A stretch of 28,655 nucleotides of DNA from the NCBI RefSeq assembly GCF_006345805.1, contig NW_021833404.1, positions 1 to 28,655 on the forward strand, read 5' to 3'. This document shows positions 13,622 to 24,480 of the stretch, piece after piece. How positions within the stretch are numbered: the stretch's first letter is position 1; the number at the start of each line of letters is the position of its first letter. Source of the DNA: Octopus sinensis (Eukaryota). Position numbers and translations under genes: made by a program. Under the pieces are notes generated by a model. The model was not told where the DNA came from and made no database searches. It saw nothing but the letters and a program-made list of their open reading frames with translations.

Positions 13622-13767
13622 ATTAGTTGAAAAAATTTGTGCAAAGTACTGTACAGTAAGACTGAACCTTGAACCATGTGGTTGGGAAGCAAGCTTCTTA
13701 CCGACAAGAGAAATATTATTTCTAATTTTTGAACAAAACCAGCAACGTTTGGAGTAAGAGAGTGAAA

Positions 13768-15312
13768 TCAATTACATCGTCTCCAGGACTCAAGTGGTAG
13801 TCATTTTACCGACCTTGCAAAGATGAAAGACAAACTTGATATCGGCGGAATTAAAAATTCAGAAATTAAGAAAATATCATTAAACATCTCCAACGCGCCA
13901 ACGATTCTGCCGTCTGACCCCTTTCTCTTGAAACAAAATATTTATTTCTACTACAGAGACAAGGCCTGAAATTTTACGTTGGAACTTATTTTATCAACCC
14001 CTGAAAAGGATGAAAGGGCAAAGTCGACCTCGGCAGAATTTGAAATCAGAACACATAGAACTGGAAGAAAAGCTGCTACGCATTTTGTTCAACACTTCAA
14101 AGGTTCTGCCAGTTCGCTCCCTCTGCCGAAAAAAAAGATTGGCTTAAAATTTGGGCACAAGGCCAGCGATATCGGGGGACGGAGTAAGTCGATTTCTTCG
14201 AGCAAAGTACTAACCTGGTACTTTATTATTGACCCCAAAAGAACGAGAGGCAAAGTCGACCTCGGTGGAATTTGAACTCAGAACATGAAAAACCGAAAGC
14301 AATGCCACTAAGCATTCTGTCCGACACGCCAACGGTTCTACCTGTTCGTTCCCTCCAATAAAAGGAAATATTAATATTGATTTCAAATCTTGGTACAAGG
14401 CCAGCAGTTACATCGCACCCAGTTATCAGCTGATCCTTATTTTACCGACCCCGAAAGGACGAAGGGCGAAATCAGCCTCAGCGAAATTTGAACTGAGAAA
14501 AAAATGAACAAAATGTCGCTAAGCATTTTGCCCACAACGCTAACGATTTTGTCAGCTCACCACCTCCCTCAAGAAAATATTAATATTCCTTTCTACTATA
14601 GGTACATGGCCTGAAATTTTGGGGGCAGGAGGCTAGTCGATTACATCGATCCCAGTGCGTAACAGGTACTTATTTCATCGACTCCGAAAAGATTAAGGAA
14701 AAGTCGACCTCGATGGAATTTGAACTCAGAACATAAGGACGGACGAAATACCTATTTCTTTACTACCCATAAGGGGCTAAGCACAGAGAGGACAAACAAA
14801 GACAGACATAGGCATTAAGTCGATTACATCGGCCCCAGTGTGTAACTGGTACTTAATTTATCGACCCCGAAAGGATGAAGTGCAAAGTCGACCTCGGCGG
14901 AATTTGAACTCAGAACGTAGCGGCAGACGAAGTACGGCTACGCATTTTGACCGGCGTGCTAACGTTTCTGCCAGCTCGCCGCCTTTAAATACCTATTTCT
15001 TTACTACCCACAAGGGGTTAAACACACAGGGGACGAACAAGGACAGACAAACAGATTAAGTCGATTATATCGACCCCAGTGCGTAACTGGTATATAATTT
15101 ATCGACCCCGAAAGAATGAAAAGCAAAGTCGACCTCGGCGGAATTTGAACTCAGAACGTAACGGCAGACGAAATACGGCTACGCATTTCGCCCGGCGTGT
15201 TAACGTTTCTGCCAGCTCGCCGCCTCATAAGGATGAAAGGTAAAGTCGACCTCGGCGGAATTTGAACATAAGGATGGACGAAATACCGTTAAATCTGGCG
15301 TGTTAACGGTAA
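13768..15312 (-). mobile_element. Cluster of about 8 co-oriented SINE family B copies and fragments
   Basis: Repeated GATGAAAGGCAAAGTCGACCTCGGCGGAATTTGAACTCAG core, at about 13768, 13937, 14139, 14366, 14576, 14750, 14990 and 15226. The best-preserved copies (14750-14985, 14990-15225) start AGGCGGCGAGCTGGCAGAAACGTT on the minus strand. The Meta-domain assignment is recalled, not searched. Confidence 0.9.
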
Positions 15313-15707
15313 GAAAATATCAATGTTACAAAATAAATTTTATCTTCAATAAAATATTTGTGCCCCATTTACTTTTACCGTCAGCATTTTTCTGTTTTTG
15401 TTTGTGTTCACCGTAATGATACCTTTCCGACACCAACATAATCTCCAAATTATTTTCAAATGTATTATTAATTATTATTTTTAAAATTTTACGTTTTTGT
15501 TTTAATTTCTGTAATATTAACTTCTTAATTTTTAAGCTTACAGAAATATTATAAACTTATAGAAATTTATCTCTATTTTCCAAATGCTACTAACGTCATT
15601 CCCTATTATCTCTGCCCATGGATTATTCATAATAATCCGTAGTGTTTATCTTTATCCGGATCTTACACGTTGACACACCAACACACACATCATCGCTTCA
15701 CAACTAG

Positions 15708-16287
15708 GCATCGTGGTTAGGAGGCATGCCTTGCAAAAGAATGTTTTTGGTTTCGGTCCCACTACGCGGCATCTTTGGTAAATATCTTTTACAATTAATG
15801 GCTTGTAAATAAATTTGATAGAGGATCTTTTCGGTTTGAATGGCAGTTTTTTGTAGCGGTGTCATATGAAATTGTCACCCATAATAATGTCCCTAGTATC
15901 GATCTATTGCATTTCAATCTGTTTTAGGGTTAGGATTAGTTAGGGTTAGGGGTGGGGGGAAGGGTATCTTTTTTTTCTTCATAAATGTAAATAAACCCAA
16001 TTTGTTTCTTAAACGAGGGACATATTCATACGGCACAGAATGTTTTCACCTCAAATAGACGTCATTGATTGGTTGAAATTGCAGAAATTGAAGAAAAAAC
16101 AACAACTATCTTACAAACTATCGAATTTTCTCAATAAAGCCAAGAGAAAAAAGATGTTTTATAAACACATTCTACTAGTATACGAAGTTTAAAATTTTTT
16201 AGTTACCTAGAAATTATGTTAAAAAACTGCCGGTCAAAGTGAAAAGATCCTTGATAGATAGAAACTGCGTGGAAACCTGTCATACAA

Positions 16288-16326
<39 letters not shown>

Positions 16327-16512
16327 TGTCTGTCTACCTCACTCCCGCAATCGTCTTTGACAACTGGTGTTGGTTTTGGTATGATAATGTCCGGATAATT
16401 TGGCAGTTCAGCAAAGGTAACCGACAAAATAAGTATAACATTTAGAGCAATGGAATCGATTTGTTTGGCTAAAACGTTTCAAGGTGGCGGTACCCCATCA
16501 CGGCCGCAGCCC
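15708..16512 (+). mobile_element. Old SINE family A copy interrupted by a MITE
   Basis: Decayed head (GGTTTCGGTCCCACTACGCGGCATCTTTGG), interrupted at 15823-16250, then GAAACTG, (TG)n and the GGCGGTACCCCATCACGGCCGCAG tail. Confidence 0.7.
15823..16250. mobile_element. Non-autonomous DNA transposon (MITE) with about 30-bp TIRs and an 8-bp TSD
   Basis: Left end GGATCTTTTCGGTTTGAATGGCAGTTTTTT; reverse complement of right end GGATCTTTTCACTTTGACCGGCAGTTTTTT. TSD TTGATAGA at 15815-15822 and 16251-16258. Confidence 0.9.
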
Positions 16513-17067
16513 AGGTAACTTTCCTTTTATGCACATTTACACGACTGGTTAGACTTGTTCCTGTTTCCCCAACGTAATTCTCAACATATTGTGATCATGT
16601 TATGCAGCAGATGAGATCTTTTGTTTTGCATTCACTTTCGATTCCTTCCCCTTATTGAATCTTCTGGTTGTTCCTTGTTCACTTATTTCACATGTCCTAC
16701 AACGAGGGTTTCTCAAGTTTTGTTACCTGCCTTATATTCATCAGCGCTTTCTTCAGTTTTGGTGGTTATCTTCGGCAGTTGCTGATATGTGATTGTGGTG
16801 ACCGAGAGAGAGGCAAAGCTGTTGTAAGCGACGTACGGATGTCGTAATATGTAAAGCGGGTGTCACCCGACAAGATAAAGCACTTATATATATATATATA
16901 TATATATGAAATTTAATAAGGGTACAAATTGATATTAATCAATTAAAACCAGTGGCTTAGTATATTTAAAAAATCCGAAGGGCCTATGGAAGATTGGTTG
17001 GATTTAATTTAATCAGGTTAGTTTACCATTAAACAGCAGACGAAACGGTGCATCGTATAAGAAATTA

Positions 17068-17276
17068 CAGGGTATGTTTTTTAAATTTTCTCCTGTTACG
17101 GAATTGACTTTTATTTGCGGTTGAAGCTTTGGCTGTTATTTCTAGTGGGTGAATGGCCTATTATGGCCGTTCCTTGATTGTTGATGTTGAACTTAAAAAT
17201 GGTCTATGACTATTTAATTTTTCCCACTAGGCCGCTGGTGGCAAAAAAATTCTACAAATTTTTTTTTGGCACCCTA
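17068..17276. mobile_element. Possible decayed Tc1/mariner-type MITE
   Basis: TA-CAGGGTATG at the left and CACCCTA-TA at the right resemble CAGGGTG TIRs with TA TSD. The match is short and imperfect. Confidence 0.4.
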
Positions 17277-17396
17277 TATTGATTAATTATATATATATAT
17301 ATATATATATAGATATATATATATGTATGTTATATTTCGGAATGGTCATTTTGCCAGTTTAGCCAATAAAAAATCTTGCAGAACAAATATATAAAC

Positions 17397-17690
17397 GTAT
17401 GTATGTATGTATGTATGTATGTATGTATGTATGTATGTATGTATGTATGTATGTATGCATGTCTATGTATATATATATATATATATATATTTGCGTATGT
17501 GTATCTATGTATATGTATGTGTGTGTATATATATATTTATGTGTACATATATATATATATACGCGTGTGTGTGTGTGTGTGCGCGTTTGTGTGTGTGTGT
17601 GCGTGTGCGTGTGTGTGTGCGCGCGCGTTTGTGTGTATGTGTGTGTGTGGGTGTGCGTGTGTGTGTGTGTGTGTGTTGTGTGTGTGTGTG
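17397..17690. repeat. Compound microsatellite (GTAT)n/(TA)n/(TG)n
   Basis: Direct inspection. Confidence 0.95.
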
Positions 17691-18001
17691 TATAAAAATT
17701 AATAATAAGGGGAACAGATTTATATATCCAGTTTTATTCTGCAGTCAATCACGTCCTTCCATTTCTGCACCTACAAACGTTTCTGCTGTAGCTCAGTGGA
17801 CACTGCAAAATTTTGCATTTTGGCGTGCATTTTGGTGCACATTTCTACTAATATTAGCAAATATTACCCAAAAAATAATATTAGCAAAACAAGAGTTGTT
17901 AATGAAAATAAAGTTAACAGAGAAAATGTGAGCGTCCAATAATACTATATTTGTTCCACGTCCTCGCGTTGTTGTGTTTTTTTGTGTTTTCTTGTTTGGA
18001 T

Positions 18002-18048
<47 letters not shown>

Positions 18049-18121
18049 TATATACTATATATATATATAATATATATATATATGTATTTATATATACATA
18101 TATGTATATATATATGTAATG

Positions 18122-18166
<45 letters not shown>

Positions 18167-18185
18167 TGTATATATATACTATATA

Positions 18186-18230
<45 letters not shown>

Positions 18231-18231
18231 T

Positions 18232-18262
<31 letters not shown>

Positions 18263-18410
18263 GTATGTATCTATGTGCTTACACAGACAGGCAGATTGTT
18301 AGTTACATCGATAGATAGATAGATAGATAGATAGAAACGTATGAAATTGACTCAGACTTCCTATGTCTACGAATCTCCCAAAGTTTCTAAACTTTGTTTC
18401 TTCCCTTCAG

Positions 18411-18436
18411 GTACAACGTGACAGTCATCGAGTTTG
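18411..18436 (+). CDS. Putative 26-nt coding exon (phase 2 to phase 1), peptide YNVTVIEF
   Basis: Strong acceptor TTTGTTTCTTCCCTTCAG and weak donor G|GTAGAT; joins 19874-19948 in frame. Alternatively a terminal exon YNVTVIEFGR* with AATAAA at 18609. Confidence 0.35.
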
Positions 18437-18732
18437 GTAGATAAGCACCACATATATACGTAGAATTAATCCGCTTTACCAGCAAACATTTCCTGTAAGT
18501 TCACTGATTAAGGAAGCTACCCCCAACCCATCCATATCCAATAGTCGCATTATGTACATATTCTTATAAGGTACAGGAGATTTCGGAAACTGTTCGTTGT
18601 GGGTTACAAATAAATCCTTTTTACTAAGATTTTGAATAGAGCGGATTCTTTCAGATGTTTTAAATTCTTCCATAAACTTTTCCAATAGGTAAAAATAAAG
18701 TTACTCTTAGTTTCATACTGTTGTTTATGGTA

Positions 18733-18836
18733 TCCTCTTTTGAGAAATATATTGTCATATAAGTAGCTAGATAGATTGATAGATAAATAAGACTTAGACA
18801 AATAGATGGATATTAGTTAGATAGATAGCTAGATAA

Positions 18837-18911
<75 letters not shown>

Positions 18912-19194
18912 GTAGACAGAAAGAGGCAGGTTGATAGAGAGACAAATAGTTAACTAGATAGATGAATAGATACGTAATAGATAGATAATAGATAGATAAT
19001 ATTTCTCTTTTGAGAAATATATTAACATATAAGTATCTAGATCAATTGATAGATAAATAATATTTAGACAATAGATAGATAATAGTTAGATAGATAAATA
19101 GATAGATAGATAGACAGACAGAAAGATAGGCAGGTTGATAGAGAGACAAATATTTAACTAGATAGATAAATAGACACGTAAGTAGTTAGTTAGT

Positions 19195-19275
<81 letters not shown>

Positions 19276-19280
19276 GAATA
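18733..19280. repeat. (GATA)n-rich array containing a degenerate 270-bp tandem duplication
   Basis: CTCTTTTGAGAAATATATT...GGCAGGTTGATAGAGAGACAAATA occurs twice, starting near 18733 and 19003. Confidence 0.85.
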
Positions 19281-19873
19281 AATAAGTTAGTAGATAGAAA
19301 TATAGATGAATGGATTGGTTTAAAATGGAGATATGGAATAAAAAGAAGTATGAAAAGATATTGATTGGTTCCTAGAATACGGCGCCTTCTCCAGATCTAA
19401 AAAGCAAACGTATACAATTGCTATAATATATATATATATTTATATCTTTATATATGTACTAGCGTATACATGTAAATATTGGCGCGCGCGCGGCGTGGTG
19501 TTTGTGTGTGTGTGTGTGTGTGTGTATGTATAGACACATAAATTGTATATGTATATACATGTATACAGCTATATAGATGCTGCCTGTGAATGCACGTATA
19601 GAGAAATATTAACTATGACATGACATGAATGCTTTTTCATGCACATAAAAGCAACATAAAATGGTTACATAATATGTTAATATTTTATATGGACTGACAG
19701 CCGAATACGTGACAACTAGCTTCCTTATATCCTTACATACACTGGTTCCCCTTTGTTTTTGCGCGTGCACACACCTACACCTACACACGTACATTTCCAT
19801 GATACATATCTTTTCTTTATATAAATTTCCTACTCCGATCGGACAGATGGTAAGATGCCTCTGTTGTTTGCAG

Positions 19874-19948
19874 AAATTCCATTGTGTAAGAAAAAGATTA
19901 CTTCCACCACTAGACCACTCTACAATGAGCTTCGTGAAAGAGTCCGAT
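19874..19948 (+). CDS. Putative 75-nt symmetric (phase 1-1) coding exon, peptide IPLCKKKITSTTRPLYNELRERVR
   Basis: Acceptor CCTCTGTTGTTTGCAG, donor T|GTAAGG, open frame, length divisible by 3. The product is not recognised. Confidence 0.5.
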
Positions 19949-21370
19949 GTAAGGTTGGATGGTGTTGGCGTGGTTGTACCTCGATCCCAACGCATACAAT
20001 GTTTGGTTAGTGAAATTAGCTGAAACGCACCAAACAAACTGTTCAGTTTAGGATCTGTTTGGAAGAAGGGACAATCCAGTGCAGGAATGAACTTCGGGGA
20101 CGGGGCTTGATTTTTTGGGGTAAAATGCTCAAAGAATTTTGGGGGTGCAATAAGGAAGGGGGTTGCAACTTTGTATGGGTTGGTGTAATAACAGCCGGTA
20201 GTTAAAAGGACAGACGTGCAAGGTTATATAGAAAGAGGGTCCTGAGCAGCAGAGTTGCAGAGAGAGAAACGAAATTATATGAATACCTGAAGTCATGGTT
20301 CTGCCTGACTCATATGATTTACAGAGACTGAATGGCGGATCATGTGAGTCATTGAGTGGAGGTTATAAGATGGCTTGAAGCGAGAGTCACAGATTAGAAG
20401 ACGGCAGAAGCTGAAGAAATGCTTATGATAACCAAATCGTGGTTTGGTTAAGACGAAAATTACAATACATAAAGCTTCATGGTGACAAACTGGGGGCAAG
20501 GCAACACTTAGAGTTGGTAACGTAAATTCTGTTTAAATAATTTTAGATTATTTTAGATTAGGAAAGGAAATATAATGTGATAAGCTAAGGTTTGAACTCA
20601 GAGAAAACTGATAGTGAAGAGTTTGTACAAGAGGTCAACGAGGTATTTGCCCTGAGGAATGAAAGAATCTAGCCATACGAGGATTGGCTTTTCTTCCGAG
20701 AAAAAAATATAAAGAGCATTGAAAGCTGCGTTATTAGTTGTTTTTCTCTGTGGTGCATAAATTACATTTTTTATTGCCATGGAGTAGACTTAGCTTCTAT
20801 TATTTTGAATCTTTCGTGTATTTTCCATCCGTAAACATTTAGAGTGAAAAGTGAAATGTAATAAAAGAGAGATATATTAGGGGAAGAAAAAAACTTATAG
20901 GAGACAGAGAGGGAAAGAGGAGAGAGAGAGGAAAGAGATAAAGTTCAGATAGAGAGAGCTGGGGATGTAGAAGAATGGGATAGGTATTGTAGTGAGAGCT
21001 GGTAACGAACTGTGTATAGCATGAATTAATCAGAATTGTTGACAATAAATACCTAAAGCCAGAGGCAATGGATAGAAATTGATACTGCTATTGAGGGTAC
21101 CGGTGAAAGAATGAGAAAAACAGGAAATATTGCCTAGCAAACTGTGTGATTTATATATATTCAACATATGAATATCTTTATTCATACGTACTGTTTGTTC
21201 ACCTCAACTTGCACAATGCTACTGATATGCAGTATGAATATATACATAGTTATGGGTGTATGCGCGCGGGTACGGACATATAGACAGCCATGTACAACAT
21301 AAATATGCGCAATACTAATATACGCCATAAATCTGAGACTGTGAAGTCGGAAATAATTGAAGATGGAATG

Positions 21371-21442
21371 TAAATCTAGAGGAAGATGATGAAGAAGGCA
21401 TATATGGTTACCACACACACACACACACCACACACACAACAA

Positions 21443-21477
<35 letters not shown>

Positions 21478-21481
21478 ATAT

Positions 21482-21577
<96 letters not shown>

Positions 21578-22039
21578 TTATATATATAGGAGTGGCTGTG
21601 TAGTGAGTAGCTTGCTAACCAACCACATGGTTCCGGGTTAGTCCCACTGCAAGGCATCTTGGGCAAGTGTCTTCTGCTATAGCCCCGGGCCGACCAATGA
21701 CTTGTGAGTGGATTTAGTCGAGGGAAACTGAAAGAACCCCGTCGTACATATATGTATATATATGTATGTGTGTGTATATGTTTGTGTGTCTGTGTTTGTC
21801 CCTCGAGCATTGCTTGACAACCGATGCTGGTGTGTTTATGTCCCCGTCACTTAGCGGTTCGGCAAAAGAGACCGATAGAATAAGTATTGGGCTTACAAAA
21901 GAATAAGTCCCGGGGTCGATTTGCTCGACTAAAGGCGGTGCTCCAGCATGGCCGCAGTCAAATGACTGAAACAAGTAAAAGAGTAAAAGAGTAAAGAGAG
22001 TAAATCTAGAGGAAGATGATGAAGAAGGCATATATGTTT

Positions 22040-22073
<34 letters not shown>

Positions 22074-22545
22074 GTATATATATATATAGGAGTGGCTGTG
22101 TGTTAAGTAGCTTGCTAACCAACCACATGGTTCCGGGTACAGTCCCACTGCAAGGCATCTTGGGCAAGTGTCTTCTGCTATAGCCCCGGGCCGACCAATG
22201 ACTTGTGAGTGGATTTAGTACAGGGAAACTGAAAGAACCCCGTCGTACATATATGTATATATATGTATGTGTGTGTATATGTTTGGTGTCTGTGTTGTCC
22301 CTCGAGCATTGCTTGACAACCGATGCTGCGTGTGTTTATGTCCCCGTCACTTAGCGGTTCGGCAAAAGAGACCGATAGAATAAGTATGGGCTTACAAAAG
22401 AATAAGTCCCGGGGTCGATTTGCTCGACTAAAGGCGGTGCTCCAGCATGGCGCAGTCAAATGACTGAAACAAGTAAAAGAGTAAAAGAGTAAAGAGAGTA
22501 AATCTAGAGGAAGATGATGAAGAAGGCATATATGTTACACACACA

Positions 22546-22592
<47 letters not shown>

Positions 22593-22996
22593 GGAGTGGC
22601 TGTGTGTTAAGTAGCTGCTAACCAACAACATGGTTCCGGGTACAGTCCCACTGCAAGGCATCTTGGGCAAGTGTCTTCTGCTATAGCCCCGGGCCGACCA
22701 ATCTTGTGAGTGGATTAGTACAGGGAAACTGAAAAGAGCCGTCGTATATATATATGTATATATATGTATGTGTGTGTATATGTTTGTGTGTCTGTGTTTG
22801 TCCCCAGAGCATTGCTTGACAACCGATGCTGGTGTGTTTATGTCCCCGTCACTTAGCGGTTCGGCAAAAAGAGCCCGATAGAATAAGTACTGGGCTTACA
22901 AAAGAATAAGTCCCGGGGTCGAGTTGCTCGATTAAAGGTGGTGCTCCAGCATGGCCGCAGTCAAATGACTGAAACAAGTAAAAGAGTAAAAAGAGT
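21371..22996 (+). repeat. Tandem triplication of [unique flank + microsatellite + SINE family A]
   Basis: Flank TAAATCTAGAGGAAGATGATGAAGAAGGCATATATG at 21371, 22001 and 22499. SINE copies at 21588, 22088 and 22592 share private variants (GCTAACCAA, CTGCAAGGCATCTT, GCCCCGGGCCGACCAAT). Confidence 0.95.
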
Positions 22997-23017
22997 ATAT
23001 ATATATATATATATATA

Positions 23018-23087
<70 letters not shown>

Positions 23088-23094
23088 ATTTAAA

Positions 23095-23620
23095 ATAATA
23101 AGGGTGAAAAATTGAATATTAATTTGATTAATATCAATTTAAAACCAGTGGTCTAGCATATTGAAAAATCTGAAGTTCCAGAAAAAATATATTACATGCA
23201 TAAGAGAGGGATGACCTGTAAATGGACATCCATTATGCTAGAAGATCCGATCCGCTATGGTCTTACCATTAAGAAAGGAATGTTCTCAAGAAAAATTAGC
23301 AAACACCAGAACGTAAGCAAGCAAGACAAATGAAAAGATACAAAATATAGATTAATCACAAACCAGATTTCGTTGTTAACGCTTACGTAATCATTTCTGT
23401 AATTATCCGCAACTCATCAGTGTGATCGTCTTTGCAAATATAATTTGAAGAACTATACACGAGGCGTCCGCATGAAATTGAACATGTATACAGTTATACC
23501 AATTAAAATTGGGGTCACTTTTCAAAAGTCTTGTGGTTTGCTGAATTTTCTTGAGAATATTGATTTCTTAGTGGTAAGACAATAGCATAATGGATGTCTA
23601 CTAAAAGGTCATCTCACTTA
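23095..23620 (-). mobile_element. Penelope-like pLTR element with hammerhead and partial inverted arm
   Basis: Contains HHR 23355-23426. Its terminus AATAAGGG...TTAAAACCAGTGG is shared with about 16915-16960 and partly with 11-22. Flanked by microsatellites on both sides. Confidence 0.6.
23355..23426 (-). ncRNA. Type-I hammerhead ribozyme candidate, intact core, extended stem II
   Basis: Minus strand ATCACA-CTGATGA-GTTG[34 nt]CAAC-GAAAT-CTG-GTT-TGTGAT: stem I 6 bp perfect, stem II 4 bp perfect, stem III A-U plus U.G, GUU triplet. Confidence 0.7.
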
Positions 23621-23634
23621 TATATTTATATCTA

Positions 23635-23685
<51 letters not shown>

Positions 23686-23900
23686 TATCTACTATATATA
23701 TATATATTAATATATATTATATATATAGATAAGAAAGTTGGTTTGTGAAAGCACGTGGGTGAATATATAAAAAATAGTAAGAGTGAAAAAACGACAGAAG
23801 GTTTAAATGTTAAAAATATATATATTTGCGTCAATATGTCTGAAGAATATTAGAAAATTTTTTAAACAAATTTTTTTCCTTTATAATGACATAATTTTTA

Positions 23901-23939
23901 AAGAAAGACCGGTTTCGCATTTAGCTTTTCAAATTTCTT
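23901..23939 (-). ncRNA. Minimal type-I hammerhead candidate with U3-A8 core and GUC site
   Basis: Minus strand AAGAAA-T-TTGAAAA-GC(TAAAT)GC-GAAAC-CG-GTC-TTTCTT: stem I 6 bp perfect, palindromic ACCGGT stem III. Confidence 0.6.
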
Positions 23940-23994
23940 GTGACGTTATGTTTATGTTTAATAGAGTTATCCTTGTGTTTAAGCTCGGAGAGTT

Positions 23995-24480
23995 CTAAAT
24001 AAGGGAAGGTAGTGGGTGATTCTTCCGGTGTAAGGGAGATAATCGCTTAAAATTTTTTTCTTTCCTTAATGTGAATTTCTGTGTATCAGTATGTTTCGAA
24101 TGGTTGAGTCTGGGCGTACTTTTCATGAAGAATGTTTCCTTGTTTAGTCTAATTTGTGTTGATGATCCGAAAGCACATTGGTAAAATGGAAAGATTAAAA
24201 ATGTGGTAGAGTTGCTTTGCGCATTTCTCAATGTGCTCACTAAAAGGTATCATTCTATATTCTGGGAATGCAATCTGTTGTCGATGCAGTGTGCATCTAC
24301 GTCTTAGTGATAGTCCCGTGGAGCCCACGTAGTCTTGGTGGCAGCCCGAGCATTTTATGCCATAAATTATGTTTTCAGAGGCACAAGTAAAGTTAGATTT
24401 GATCTTGAATTTCTGTCCCTTTTAGTGAGCACTTACACACAGGAGGAGCAACTTCAGGCTTTGGATTATTCTTGGGTAGA
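23995..24480 (-). pseudogene. GIY-YIG endonuclease of Penelope-like type, frameshifted
   Basis: From 24418: GQKFKIKSNFTCASENIIYGIKCSGCHQDYVGSTGLSLRRRCTLHRQQIAFPEYRMIPFSEHIEKC, then after a frameshift FLIFPFYQC...IRLNKETFFMKSTPRLN. This gives the IIY..YVG catalytic pair, CxxC, the LxxRxxxH motif and a C-terminal E/LN. Confidence 0.9.

Larger units (their letters stand above)
23728..24480 (-). mobile_element. Penelope-like element 3' portion: GIY-YIG endonuclease, then HHR-bearing pLTR, then (TA)n
   Basis: Endonuclease 24480-23995, HHR 23939-23901, AT-rich tail ending at the (TA)n tract near 23728. Confidence 0.75.

Noticed and set aside
13768-15312. CRISPR-like repeat-spacer appearance
   Set aside because: The units are 150-240-bp diverged SINE copies with Pol III boxes in eukaryotic DNA, with no cas genes.
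15924-15952. True telomere or telomere-fusion site
   Set aside because: Only a few imperfect TTAGGG units are present, and they are internal to a MITE.
16680-16760. Minus-strand CTGATGA...ACATGT-GAAAT
   Set aside because: No compatible stem III and stem I combination was found.
16915-17065. Possible HHR in the element sharing the 23095 terminus
   Set aside because: The best minus-strand match (ACGATGC...TGGT-AAAC) needs three or more core changes and lacks stem III.
23180-23510. Apparent spliced pair (...KISKHQN | CDRLCKYNLK...)
   Set aside because: The apparent acceptor CATCAG is the reverse complement of the HHR core, and the region is an inverted-repeat element.
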